Positions 25,030 through 38,095 of a DNA stretch of 64,000 nucleotides are shown piece after piece. The translations under genes were made by a program, and so were the position numbers. The DNA comes from Somniosus microcephalus (Eukaryota), in contig JBMRGM010000043.1 of NCBI GenBank assembly GCA_052327205.1, forward strand, positions 31,496,001 through 31,560,000, read 5' to 3'. The notes below the pieces were generated by a model. It searched no databases. It saw nothing but the letters and a program-made list of their open reading frames with translations, and had not been told where the DNA came from. Position 1 is the first letter of the stretch. Every line of letters begins with the position of its first letter.

Positions 25030-25640
25030 GGTACCGGTTCAGGTAGTGTATGGCATAACCAAAGGGCAGGACCTGTATAGGTAGCATGTTTATCAGTCCC
25101 AGTACTTCATGTAGTTTTGACAGTCCTGTACAAGCAGGACACTGTAGGTACTGATCACAGAGCTGTACAAAGAAGGTAGCGTGGGAAATAATCACAGATC
25201 AGTATCAGTAGGCTGGTGTAGGTGATAATATAAAGTCTGAACCTATATGACAGTGCAGATATTAATCATAGTGGTGCACCGGTAGGATAGTGTTGGTATA
25301 ATCAGGAATCTGTATATTTTGCCGTCTATGTACTGATACCAGGTCTGTCCAATTAGGGCAGTGTCGGTACTACTCACAGACCTGTACACAGACGGCGCTG
25401 TAAGTATTAATCATAGACCAGTACCAATAGAACAGTATATGTACTACTTATGCACAGAATAATCATAGTCATGAAACAGTAGTACAATTTAGATATTAGT
25501 CATGGAGCATTACCAGTAGAACAGTGCTGGCGCTAATCAGAAAAGCGGGTATTATAGTTAATAATTACACACTCGGACCTCAGCATAGGTACTGATCATA
25601 GCCCTGTACCAATAGGGCAGTTTCGGTGCACATCATTGAA
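25030..25640. repeat. Degenerate ~36-bp minisatellite (also ~28250-28900, ~60640-61240)
   Basis: Recurring unit approximating GGACAGTATAGGTACTAATCATAGACCTGTACCAATA. Confidence 0.7.
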
Positions 25641-26280
25641 TAAAACATCTGGGATCTTGGGCTTCATAAAGAGAGGCGTAGAATACAAAAGCCAGGAAGT
25701 TAGGCTAAATCAATATAAATCACTGATTCGTCCCCAGCTAGAGTCTTGTGTCCAATTCTGGGCGCCGCACTTTAGGAAGGACGTGAAGTCTTTGGAGAGG
25801 GTGCAGAAGTGATTTATTAGAATGGCTCCAGGGATGAGGGTATACAGTTACGCGGATAGACTAGAGCAGCTGTGGTGGTTCTCCTTAGAGCAGAAAACGC
25901 TAAGAGGAGATTTGACAGAGGTATTTCAAATGACGAAGACTTTAGGCAGACTAAACCAAGAGAAACTCTTTCCAATGACTGAAGCCTCGATAACCAAAGG
26001 GCAGAAAAATAAGTTGATTGGCAAAAAAAAGAGGCGACATGAGGAAAAACATTTAACACAACGAGTGTTTAGGATATTGAATGCATTGCCCAATAGGGTG
26101 GTGGGTGTAGATTCAATAGCAGCCTTCAAAAGCGAATTGGATAAATACGTGATGTAGAAACAAACTGCATGGATATGGGGCAAGAGCAGGGGAGTGGGGC
26201 AAACTGGATTGCTCTTGGAAAGAGCCAGCACAGACTCGATGGACCGAATAGCCTGCTTCTGTGCTGTACTATCCCAACTT
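25640..26280 (+). mobile_element. CR1-type LINE 3' fragment predating the duplication
   Basis: LIRPQLESCVQFWAPHFRKDV..., TQRVFRILNALP; same insertion at ~61245-61860. Confidence 0.85.
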
Positions 26281-29200
26281 CTATAAAGTTATAGGCTCGT
26301 GCCAGTAGGACAGTATAGATACAATTTATAATGATGGGGCAAATGTTTCACTGTCATACTTATTGATTGTATTCACACGTATAGTGTCACTGATATGGTT
26401 AATAGAGTCATACAACACTTACTCAGTAATTACAAAGGTACACCACATCAATAACAACATGCATGGACACATTTTTGAACACAGTCAGCACTGAATGTGT
26501 AAGATATTCCATTGACCTGCATGTCTGCAATTAGAAGGCTAAACTCATTTAGAGTGCAAAAATTAATGTTCAATTATAATTAGAATATTGGTTCTGGTAG
26601 AGCAAAGTTAACGGTTACCTGGAGTGAGGCGGATAGTGGGATTAGAATGGCCAGCTAAAGCAGATACACCTGATAAGCCTGTGCTTAGGCTAATTTGTGA
26701 GTTGAATCACCTCTTTTGTAAAACAGCGGGTTAATCTCTCGGGAGTTTAATGGTGCCAGAGTGAAAAGCTTTCAGTGGTCACAGATCCCAGTGCTATCTG
26801 CCCTTCCCCTTGTTTCCCCCTCTACCGTTGTGCCAGGCCACACACACAGAGCTTGGTGACCGCTTCCGTAAACCCGTGAAAAAAACAAGCATTCAGCCTG
26901 GGGCCACACATCAGGCCCTGTGTTAACGGTACAAGCTGCGGTTACAATAAATCATATTTAAAACAGTTTCCAGAGATGTCTCCCGCCTGTATTAAAACTG
27001 TTCGCTTCAGAGAAGAATTTATTTTGAAAGTTCCAGGGCTCATTTCACTTTTCAGCGTTAGGGTGGACTCGTCATCACGTTAGGTTTAAGTTCCAGTTTT
27101 CTCCAATATGGTCAGAAGTCACAGTGATCTCAGTGCGCAGTCGCCTGGTGCATGGGCAGTGAGCTCCACAGCTGCAGAGTGCTCCCGGGGAACTCGCTCC
27201 AGCCGCTGTCTCCTCATTCCCCATAAGTACAGACTCGGGATCTGCGCGTGTGGGCGTTTGGTACTGAAGAAGTAGAACAGTGTCAGCGGCTGAATGTGGG
27301 CGGGTACATTTGTCGGGAGCTGGAGTGGGAAGCGGAACAATGCGCTTGGGAATAGATTGTTCTGTGTTTGACGGAATCGACCTGTTCTGGCGCTCGGTTG
27401 AAATGTTCACCCAAACCTGACTAAATAGAGGCTGCATTGAATCAAAGAGCATTATGATTCATGGGTCATTTATGTTAGTCTAAAAGGGTTAACACAGCCA
27501 AGTATCAAGCAATGGAGTCATTTTCTGCTCTCCGCCCGAGCTTATAACTGACCTTCTGGAATCGCCACCGTTAATGGAAACGCTCGATCATCATTTTCAG
27601 TGATTAAGGTTGAATATAAAGTGGGCGGTTTCTCTAGAACCCCACTTTTAAGTCTCGGCGCCAAGTTTAATGCATACCACATTATATTAAAGACAAAGTG
27701 ACCTATAAATTGGTCTGGGTGACTGCTAGTTCATTTACCCGGGGTTTGGAAGTGTGCAATCATAATTGAGTAATTAAATGGATGGATAAATAGAAATTTC
27801 TTTGATGAAGTAACAGCAAATGTTCATGACATTAGTGCGTTACTGTTGTGTATAGACTTTGCAAAAGCGCTTAATGGCGTTCCACATAATAGACTTGTTT
27901 GAGAAATAGAATCCAAAGTATTATGGACAACATAAGGGGCGTCAGCTTAGCACAAGAATGGACACGTGACCTTCCATTGCCACCATTGTCGCTATGGCTT
28001 TTCGGGATATAGACTTATTGTTCGTTAATCAATTGATTACTATAGATGCATCTTAAAGGACATATTCTAAAGGATGCCATACCTGTCGTTTAACATATTC
28101 CAATTTGTACTTACTTTTTGCTTCTTATTGTTATCGCACATTGTCAGCCTGTTTTATCTACCTACCGATATATCTCTTTGTGTTTGTCCTACTATCTATC
28201 TAACTATCTGTCTGTTTATTCATCGTCAGTATAACAAATAATCAAAGGCAGGCACCAATAGGACAGATAAGGATCCAGTCATAGGTTGTATCAGTAAAAT
28301 AGTACAGGTATTAACTATAGACCTGTATCATTAGGACAGCATAGTTGATAAACATAGGCCTCTTCGAGGAGGACAATCAAGTTTGAAAAATGTGCCTGTA
28401 ACAAAACGACAGTATAGTTACTCATCAAAGACCTGCAACAATAGGACAATATAAACAGTCATCAAAATACCTGAGCCAGTATGATAGTTTAGGTATTAAT
28501 CATAGACCTGCACCAATAGGACGGTATAGATAATGATTAGAGACATGCAGCAGTCGTACATTGCAGGCATTAATCATAGACCTGTATCAGAAGGACTGTG
28601 AATGTACTGAGCATTGACCAGCACCTGTAGGGATATATATGTGGTCATTACTAACTGCATGAGTAGTAAATTACAAGTTCATTATCCAGTGTCTCTGTCT
28701 CGGTTCCAGTTATTGACCAATACCAATAGATTTCAATTAGAGTTCGCCACAGTAGTATAGAGTGGGTATTTATCGGAGATCTGGGCAATGGGGTCAGTAT
28801 AGCTACTAAAAGCTGACTTGTACTAGAAGTGGAGTCAAGTGCTGATCATATACATTCTGCAGGAGGAGAGTCAAGGCAGCAATCATAGACCTGCACCTTT
28901 CGGTGATACCTAGAGTGAGCCCTAGAGAGGAACAATACTGTGTTGAATCACCTATTTGTAAAACATTGCTGACTGGGTTAGACTCTCAGGACTTAAATGG
29001 TTAATTGTGCCAGGGTGCAACAGATTCAGTGGTCTGATGTTTCACTGGTACCAGCCTTTCACCTCTACCGTTGTACCAGGCCACACATACAGTGCTGGGG
29101 TTGACCACTTCCCTAAGCCCGTGAAAAAAACAAGCCTTCAGCCTGGGGTCACAGACCAGGCCAGTCTCGATGTTAACGGTATAAACTGCGGTTAGAATAA

Positions 29201-29659
29201 ATCATATTTAAAACAGTTTGAACAGATGACTCCGGCCTGGATTCCAACTGTTCGCTTCTGATAGGAATTCATTTTAAAACTGACGGGGCTCAGTTAACTT
29301 TTCAGCGTTAGGGTGGACTCGTCATCACGTCCGGTTTAATTTCCTCTTGTCTCCAATGTGCTCAGAAGTCACAGTGATCTCAGTGCGCAGTCGCCTGGTG
29401 CATGGGCAGTGAGCTCCACAGCTGCAGACTGCTCTCGGGGAACTCGCTCCAGCCGCTGTCTCCTCATTCCCCGTAAGGTAAGTACAGACTCGGGATCTGC
29501 GCGTGCGGGCGTTTGGTACTGAAGAATTAGAACAGTGTCAGCGGCTGAATGTGATTCTATGATTTCACTTTTCAGGTGAACGTGACTGAAAACAGCTGAT
29601 GTGAAGCGCGGGTCTTCACAGAGGGAGTGGAGCTTCTGCTCGGATCCCCTGCATTCGAA

Positions 29660-29690
29660 ATGAAGCACATCTGTCGCCTTCTGATCTTCT
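29660..29690 (+). CDS. Copy B signal-peptide exon S1
   Basis: ATG, MKHICRLLIF, T/GTAAGT donor (phase 1); paralog at 63327. Confidence 0.8.
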
Positions 29691-31419
29691 GTAAGTGAAT
29701 CTCAAATATTTCCAGTGCCTTGAAAAATCTGCGTCACTCACGCCGGACCTATAATCCGATTAATAAGGTTCATTCTGCGAGAGGGAGCGTCACACTAAAT
29801 TAAAATTCAGCGTTTATTAAGGTCAAACATTCAATTAAAATGCATTGAAATGTCATTTCCATGCTTCAGTTTTAATCAGAATTTAGTGGAACAACAGAAA
29901 TAAGTTTGATTAGTCAGGCTAACAGGATCTTTCTGCTCATCTAAGGTTGCAACCGAATTTAGACACATCTAAACGGTCCAATATTTATTATTTTACCGAT
30001 TATTTAGCCTCACCTGCAGAAACTGCTTGCACGTTTCTTATTGTTGTCGTTTTGTTAATTAGAAAAAAAAACATTTGTATGCGCGTCATATCAAGTATCA
30101 GCGTTGGCTCAGTTGACTCACTCTTACAAATTGCTCTTAATACATGCGGTGAGCTTTACAGTGCGTGGGTTCTGTGGCTAGATGTTAAACTTGGTCCATG
30201 TCATTGCTTGATGATTTCGAGTGCGGCAGGCACGCTTCTTGTTAACATCTGCCACAGTGCGAGAGAGAGAGAGAGAGAGAGAGGCGAAGAGGGAGTCAGA
30301 GCGAGAGTCAATCAGATAGGGACAGAGAGAGGCAGATAGACAGAGATTGTAAGAAAGTAACAATCAAGCTGTCCACGAAGGAGAGTGACAGAGAGAGGGA
30401 GAGAGGGCAGGAGTTTTTTTTTCAACTCAGTTTTGCACATTCACTATGAAGGGCTTATTTTATTTTCTGTTGTGAGGGAGAAAATAGACATTAATGGGAC
30501 GACATCCCTTGAGTTAACAAAGCTGAGGAGAACATATTTACTATGATTATACTTGACCTAAACTGACGGCTTAAGGGTGTTTGGCAGGGAAATTTAAAAT
30601 GCTGGATCTTTAAAATTAATTTCTGATGCTGTTTGCTGGAATTTAGACAGAAATGACTCTTTATGGCCACAGGACATTGTGGCTGCCTTCCTGTGAGATG
30701 CTGACGTCAGCGCTCTATTGTCTTGTTACCCACTGGACCACAAGACCAGCAAACAGGAACAAACAACAGGGTTTGCATCTTTAATGTACCATCGACTCTT
30801 TCACCAGAATCTCATCTATTTCAGTAACTTGACATTAGTTGGGTGATCATGTTAATCACAGCTAGTTCCACAAGTTAATGTAGTAGAGCTTATAAGGTGT
30901 GAAGTTACTCTTAAATTGTTTGTTCTTGATCTTATAATGTGCCCCATGTTTCATTTGTTGCACATCACATAAAACCCCCTTTGTGGAAAGAATTGGACAA
31001 ATGTAATACTTCAAACATTCACCCTATTGAATCCTAGCTGGATTAAAGGCCCAGGTTCTACGTGTGTAAAAATGAAATAGAGATACATCTGCATTGATCA
31101 TTGACCCTTTTGCAATTATTTTTGCAACGTTTCCAGCATCAGGCATTGCCTTAGAAGTGTGATTCCTGTGGTCTGAGGCGCGACAAAAGCCTTCTGCAGC
31201 CAGCCGCTGGGTCTTGTACGAGCAACAGTTGAAACCAAGGCAATACTTGTGCTTCTGATGAGGATTAAGATGATTTAAATGATGATATGAACATTGAAAC
31301 ACGTGTAGTTCATTCAGACCTTCGCACCCGTTCTGTCATTCAATTATATCATGGTTGATCTGTACAACTCCAATTAACCCCCTTTGCTCAATAGCTAATG
31401 AAACCCTTACTCAACTAGT

Positions 31420-31672
31420 GCCAGCCGTGGCTCAGTGGGTAGCATGCTCCCCTCTGCGTCAGAACGTTTGTGGTTTCAAGTCGTACTCCAGAGATTTGAG
31501 CACACAATCTAGGCTCAATCTCCAACACAGATTATCTGGTCATCATCATCAGGATGTGAAAATTGGCTGCCACATTTCCTGCAGTGACTACACATCAAAA
31601 GTACTCCATTGGATGCAAGGCGCTTTGGGAAGTCCCGAGGTTGTGAAAGGCGCTATATGAATGCAAGTCTTA
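31420..31672 (+). mobile_element. Decayed tRNA-derived SINE (Deu/SacSINE-like)
   Basis: GTGGCTCAGTGGGTAGC head, GGTTTCAAGTC B-box-like, tail GTGAAAGGCGCTATATGAATGCAAGTC. Confidence 0.6.
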
Positions 31673-32241
31673 TTTTTTGGAGTAAAATCTACCTTGACCT
31701 CCATCTTGAAAGTCCAATTTAGCCCCAGAGCCCGCAGCATTCTTAGCGCAGTGAGGTTCAATTTCTCACTACACATTGTGTGAAAAGGTGCTTCCTGATT
31801 TCCATCCTAAATGGCCTATCACTAATTTTAAAGAAATGTTCCCTTCTCCTTGACACAACAAACACACTCATTGGCTCTCAGAACAAGGAATCATTTCAAT
31901 CTGTGTCAGTTTCCTTTCATCTGGCAGCATCTTTTCCATTTCATCCACAGACCATTAGGATCTTCAAAATAGAAGAACAATTTATCTTTATTCGTGAGAG
32001 GGTCAATTGGCACAACTCGATGTATTAATATTTTATATTTGCTTCAACTGAACTGAGTAACTCGCAGCACGTATATACTGGCGGCAAATGTGGTACCATC
32101 TGTTTTATGTTCCTGCCGAAGTCGAATTTCACCCCAGGGGTGTTTCCTCTAATCAGCTGCCGTACAACATAGCAGCTTAGGTCAACCTTGAAGATGGTCA
32201 CTGATAATGAAACATATTTTACATTGTCTTCTCTCTTTCAG

Positions 32242-32271
32242 TGCAAATTACTCATCAGGCGACCACACAAG
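32242..32271 (+). CDS. Copy B signal-peptide mini-exon S2 (30 nt)
   Basis: tcttctctctttcAG acceptor, G/GTATGA donor, phase 1-1, LQITHQATTQ; joins S1 to the Ig exon in frame. Confidence 0.75.
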
Positions 32272-33062
32272 GTATGATGACAATAATGTCCATTATTGAT
32301 AATAATCCAGTTTGTGAAATGAATTCTTCCAATTTATATCTAGAGGACAGCAACAATCCAGCAATAGAGTAATTGTCAGCTGTTCGCCCGAGCATAAAAC
32401 TGACCACCTGGATTGGTGACCTACAAGAGAAACGTTCGCTCATCATTTTCATTGGTCCAGTGGGAATGTAAATTGGGCGCTTTCTCTAACAGTCGGCCAG
32501 ACCCCCAGTTTTAAGCCTCAGCGCCAAGTTTAATGTCTACCACAATATATTAAAGACAAAGTGGCCGAGAAATTTAGCTGGGTAACTGTTAGTTCATTTA
32601 ACTGAGGATTGGCAGAGAGTAATCCAAATTGAGTAAATAAATGGATGAATACATAGACAGCTCTTTGATGAAGTAATCGAGAATGCTGATGAAATTGACG
32701 CGGTTAATTTTATGTAAGGGCGTTTAATGAATTACCAGATAATAGACTTGTTTGGGAAATAGAAACCCAAGTCATTAAGTGGCGGTGCCACCCTGGATTA
32801 GAAATTGGCTGAGACAAAAATGAAGAGTGGTTGAGAATGGTCGTTTTTTCGCAATGGAGGGCAGTTTTCAGTGATGTCTCCCGGAGGCCGGTATTTGGAC
32901 CACTGCTCTGTCTGATAAATATTAGTGGCCTGGACTTGTATACACCGGGCATAATTTCAAACTTTGCAGAAGTCACGAAACTCGCTAATGTAGTAAAGAA
33001 TCAGGGAGATATTTTAACGTATCCAATCTGAACATATTTTGTATTTCTCATTTATTTTTCAG

Positions 33063-33344
33063 CTTCTGATATGAGTGTAAGTCTGAAAGTCGAGCCAAGA
33101 GCCGCGCTGTCTGGTGCAAATATTGCACTGAGGTGTTTGGCGCCTGACCAGAAAAGGGGAGGAAACTTCCATTGGTATCGAAACGAAAAGTTAATAGAAG
33201 GACATTCTCAATATGTGTACTTCATAATTCAATCTGAAGACACCATTGTTAAAGTGGATATTGCAGATGAGGCATCTTATCGATGTGAACTCATAAGAGA
33301 CAACAGGAAGTGGGTCTCACCGGAAGTAATGGTCACCGTAACAG
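33063..33344 (+). CDS. Copy B Ig exon (paralog of A Ig2), intact
   Basis: AG/GT bounded, 282 nt, open; IALRC...WYRN...DEASYRC...SPEVMVTVT. Confidence 0.85.
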
Positions 33345-34084
33345 GTTGGTCACTGGCGTTGTTGTTTTCCTCTGAATTTTCAGGCTGAAAGATGCAAACG
33401 ATTCCAAGAACATTCCATTTCCAGAAAAATTCTGTGGAAATCGTTTAAATATTTGCAATTATTGAGAAAACATTCAGTTGTGTGAACTCTTGTCAATCAC
33501 ACCCTCGGTTAAGTGTAAGGGCTTCGAGTGCCAATAAATCCGTGCGAGGGGAGGTGTCCCTTTTGGTTGCTCCTGGAAAGAATCGGGAATTGTCGTTGGT
33601 GAACCTTTGCGACTTATTTCGCTGCTCGCTAGCTGCTGTGCCATGTCTTGGACATCTCCATACTTATATCACTAGGCCTTTTTTGGGATAACAACCTGAA
33701 AGAGGTTAGAATGTGGATCTCACTACCACAAGGAGCAGTAGAGGAAAATACCGGAGATGTATGTAAGGTGAGATAAACAAATGAGAGAGAAAGTGATAGG
33801 AGGATTTGTTGATCGGGTAGATGATGAAGGGTGGGATGAGGCAAGTGTGGAATTTTAACACCTGAATGCACCAGTTGGGTCGAATGGTCTGCTTCTGTGC
33901 TGCAAATACTGTGTACAATGCACTATTAGTTTGGTGCGGGTCTTCCACAAAATGTTCCTATCCCTTTGGCCTTGCGTGCCCGAAGAGAAGGGGATTTATG
34001 ATGAACACTGTTGGTGGCACTTGCGCTGGGATAATCTGCCAAACTAAGTCTTCCTGAGGATCCGTGGGTATCCTAAAATGAGAA

Positions 34085-35600
34085 GGATTGCATAGGATTA
34101 CATAGAATTACATAGGATATACGGCACAGAAAAAGAACATTTAGCCCAACCTGTCCATGCCAGCATTTATGATCCAGTCGAGCCTCCTCCCGTCTTTGTG
34201 TTTGTCCAGCCTCCCCGTAAATGTGACTATAATATTCGCTTCAACCACTCCCTGTGGTAGCGAGCTCCACATTCTCGCCACTCTCTGGGTAAAGAAGTTT
34301 CTTCTGAATTCCCTATTGGATTTTTTGGTGACTATCTTATATTGATGGCTTCTAGTTATGTTCTTCCTCACAAGTGGAAACATTCTCTCTGTATCCACTC
34401 TATCAAATCTTTCATAATTTTAAAGACCTCTATTTGATCACCCCTAAACCTTTTTTCAAGAGAAGAGTGAACCAGCCTGTTCATCCTTTCCTGATATGTA
34501 TACCCTCGCATTTCTTGTATCATCCTTGTAAATCTTCTGAAGTGCCTCTATATCCTTTTTATAAAATGGCGACCGGAACTGTACGCAATACTCTAAGTGT
34601 GATCTAAACAAGGTTCGATAAATGTTTAGCATAACCTCCCTATTTTTCAATTCTGTACCTCCAGAAATAACCCTGGTGCTTGGTTTGCTTTTTGTATGGC
34701 CCTGCTAACCTCGTTGCAACATCTAGCGAATTGAGTATTTATACTCCTAGAACCCTTTGTTCCTCTACCGCACCTAGACTCGCACCATCCAAGTGAAAAG
34801 TGACTTCTCTATTCTTCCTACCAAAATGTATTACCTCACATTTATTCGTGTTGAAATTCATTTGCCAATGATATGCCCATTCTGCAAGTATATTAATGTC
34901 CTCCTGTAATTTGTTGCAGTCCTCCTCAGTATTGTCTATCCCCCCCCAAATTGGTATCATCTGCCAATTTAGAAATTGTGCTGTTGACTCCAAAGTCTAA
35001 ATCGTTAATGTAAATTGTGAACTGCAGTTGTTTCAGCACTGATCCTTGTGGAACACCACTACCCACCTTCTGTCACTGTGAATAGCTACCCTTTACTCCT
35101 ACTCTCTGGTTTCTGGCTTGAAGCCAGCCAGCAATCCATTCTGCTACTTGCCCCCTGACTCTGAATTCTCTCACCTTGTTCATCAGTCTATTATGGGGTG
35201 CATTGTCAAATTAATTTTGAAAATCCAGAAAAATTACATCTACTTCATTACAATTGTCTATTTTCTCAGTTACCTCTTCAAAAAATGCAATAAGGAAGAT
35301 CAAGCAAGACTTTCATTTTGAAATCCACGCAGACTATTCCTTATTACATTTTTAGTTTCTAAATGTTCTTCTCCTTTCTCCATTATTAGGAATTCCATTA
35401 TTTTTCCTACCACCAATGTTAAGCGGACTGGTCTATAATTCCCTGGAAATGTTCCAACCCTCTTCTTAAATATCGGTATTATGTTAACTACCTGCCAGTC
35501 CAGCTTTTTCTAACGAATTATTAAATATGAGTAGTAATGCATCTGCTATCTCTTCCCTAGATTATTTTAAACGCATTGATGCAATCTATCTGGACCTGAA
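34085..35600 (-). mobile_element. CR1-type LINE fragment
   Basis: LQEDINILAEWAYHWQMNFNTNKCEVIHFG, RSHLEYCVQF, RRNFFTQRVARMWSSLP; absent from copy A near 2100. Confidence 0.9.
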
Positions 35601-35998
35601 GAATGTAGAGAACTATTTGACAAACCTTTCCCGCCAAATCCCCGCCTGCCGCTGGTGCGTACTGCAGCCATTCGAACTGCTGGTGTTCGGCCGCAACCTG
35701 AAAGCCCCATTTTACAGTGAACATGAGACTAGTGGCAGTGCTCTCGGGCCTACTGATGTGCGCCTGTTACTGCCCTATGGAGAGCAGCGTCAGCCTGTCC
35801 CAGCTTACGTGGATCTCTTGCTAATTGATGGGAGATTGTACCTGAGTCAGGAGTATAGCTGGGGCCTGGAAGATTTGGGGCACTCTTTCCCTTATGTTCA
35901 CAACGCACCTCTGGCACCCTGTGCCCGCTGGGCGTCTCAAAGCAAAATGAGCTGGATGCACTCCTTCCAGAATCTGGTGGGGTGGGTGGAATGCTCCT

Positions 35999-36652
35999 CA
36001 CAGAGTCACAGAATCACAGAAACCCCACAGTGCAGATAGAGGCCATTTAGGCCCATCGAGCCTGCACCGACACATATCCCACCCGATCCCCGTAACCCCT
36101 ACACCAACACATATCCCACCCTATCCCTGTAACCCCACGTATTTAATCCCCCTAACACTAAGGGTCAATTTATCATAGCCAATCAACTTAACCCGCACAT
36201 CTTTGGACTGTGGGAGGAAACCGGAGCACCCGGAGAAAACCCACGCAAACACGGGGAGAATGTGCAAACTCCACACAGACAGTCACCCGAGGCCGGATTC
36301 GAACCCGGGTCCCTGGCGCTGTGAGGCAACAGTGCTAACCACTATGCCACCGTGCTGCCCTGGACCAGTATTAGGACCAATGCTCTTTCACAGAATCACA
36401 GAAACCCCACAGTGCAGATAGAGGTCATTTCAGCCCATCGAGCCTGCACCAACACATATCCCACCCGATCCCTGCGTATTTAATCCCTCTAACACTAAGG
36501 GTCAATTTATCATAGCCAATCATCCTGTGGGAGGAAACCCACGCAAACACGGGGAGAATGTGCAAACGCGACACAGACAGTCACCAGGAGGCCGGATTCG
36601 AACCCGGGTCCCTGGTGCTGTGAGGCAACAGTGCTAACCACTATGCCACCGT
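35999..36652 (-). mobile_element. Two tandem HE1-like V-SINEs (35999-36360 and 36389-36652)
   Basis: Reverse complement of the 19252 element; the second copy has internal deletions. Confidence 0.9.
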
Positions 36653-37060
36653 CCGGTGGAGTTTCCTATGATTGAAATCAGTGGAATGCATATACAGCGG
36701 GTTCAGTAAGCAATAAGTGATCCTTAATGTCGGGTTTGCTATCCCCTTATCTGTTTAGGCGTAGCTTAACCACCTAATATAGATTATTTTCAGAGTTCCA
36801 ACATATGAAGAGCTGGGCCAAATAGTGGGGAAGTGCTTCACGAGGAGAACAATATCAGTAAACCGCAATTGGAACCATCAGTAAATTCAGCACCAACTGT
36901 CCACTTGTTCCTTTCTTTGCTTCATTTGTCCCAGACTTGATTGGACTTGGGTTTGAGGTTAAAAAACGTGTCTGATGTATTCGGGCTGTTGTAGAAGCTG
37001 TTCTCAGTTTGAGTTAAGCATTGTTAAACTTTAACTGCGAAATTTTGTTCTCAACATTAG

Positions 37061-37308
37061 ATGGCGATGTATCCTTCCAGGTCGACCCACCTTCGGTTTT
37101 GGAAGGAGATGTTCTGATTCTGAATTGTCGGTACAGATACTATTATTGGAGCAATAAAGGTGTTGGCTTTTACAAAGGCAATAGAAGGATTCACTCAATG
37201 ACGTTGAATAATCCTAAAGCATTAGAGTGAAAAGTTCAAAAGACAGCGGATCGTACCATTGTACTTTTGACAAGATGAAATCTCGAAGTGTTCATATTCA
37301 CGTTCAGG
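37061..37308 (+). pseudogene. Copy B Ig exon (paralog of A Ig3), frameshifted
   Basis: 248 nt; ~10 nt missing near 37215 relative to copy A, TGA at 37228-37230; DSGSYHC resumes in another frame. Confidence 0.85.
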
Positions 37309-38095
37309 GTTCGTATGCAATATTTCAATTTGTGATATCCCCTCTTTAATAGTTATACGTTCTACAGGTCCTAAAAGTTCTAAATCTGTACAACAATATA
37401 CATAGCTCTGTAAACACAGAATAATGTGTTCGAATTAGGTCATATGATGTTTATCTAAAAACGTGCTACTATAATCGATATTTAACCCAAGGGCAGGTGC
37501 CCTCCTGTGCCAGCTCCGGCAGATTTATTCATCTTCCTGCCCAACTGGCGACTTACCCCACCCTATCACATCTAGAGGTTGATGGGAAGTTTTCTCCAAA
37601 GAAACCGAAATATGATGCTGCCTCTCCTCAACAACCATGAAGTGGAGTTGACAAAAGGTACAAGCAGGTCCTCGTGAGCTCTTGGAACTGCAGTGGTGGG
37701 TCTGCTGATGGTCTTTCTGGAAGGATAGAATGAGCAGTGCACTGTGCTTCTCCCTCTATTGCTCTTTTCACTTACATGTTTGTCGTGGATTGAGTCACAA
37801 ACTCCTAATAAAACCTGGGAGATGATTCGCTCGTATATCCTTGTCTTCGCATGTTATATCATCACTGATCCATCGCCCTGGCCATCAGAATCCTGAGTCT
37901 TTGTAATTTCAGATGATGACAGCTGAGCTGATGGCTGGCTGGGGACAGAGCGATGTAGCTGTGATCATTTGTGGCGTTCACCCTGGTCATAGTAGATGGT
38001 GAGATGCAACAGAGAATGGCTAAAAGAGAAAAGATCTAAGGGAGGTTTCCTGCTGAAACATAAGTATTGTCCTGTTTGGAATTCCAGTTTCAGCA

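Larger units (their letters stand above)
900..27470 (+). repeat. Segmental tandem duplication unit A (aligns colinearly with ~33000-63060)
   Basis: Exons, introns and 3' flank match in order (e.g. 5290-7900 vs 37800-43350; 20330-22980 vs 57080-59740; 24140-27470 vs 59745-63060), differing by TE indels. Confidence 0.9.

Noticed and set aside
25030-25640. ~36-bp periodic repeat suggesting a CRISPR array
   Set aside because: Eukaryotic context, degenerate adjacent units without unique spacers, no cas genes.
27120-27160. CACAGTG heptamer suggesting a V(D)J recombination signal (also in SINE tails)
   Set aside because: No ACAAAAACC-like nonamer at 12 or 23 nt and no adjacent V, D or J segment; Ig exons here are C2-type.
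35527-36039. 170-aa ORF
   Set aside because: Spans a CR1 end, intron sequence and a SINE tail; not open in the paralogous region of A.
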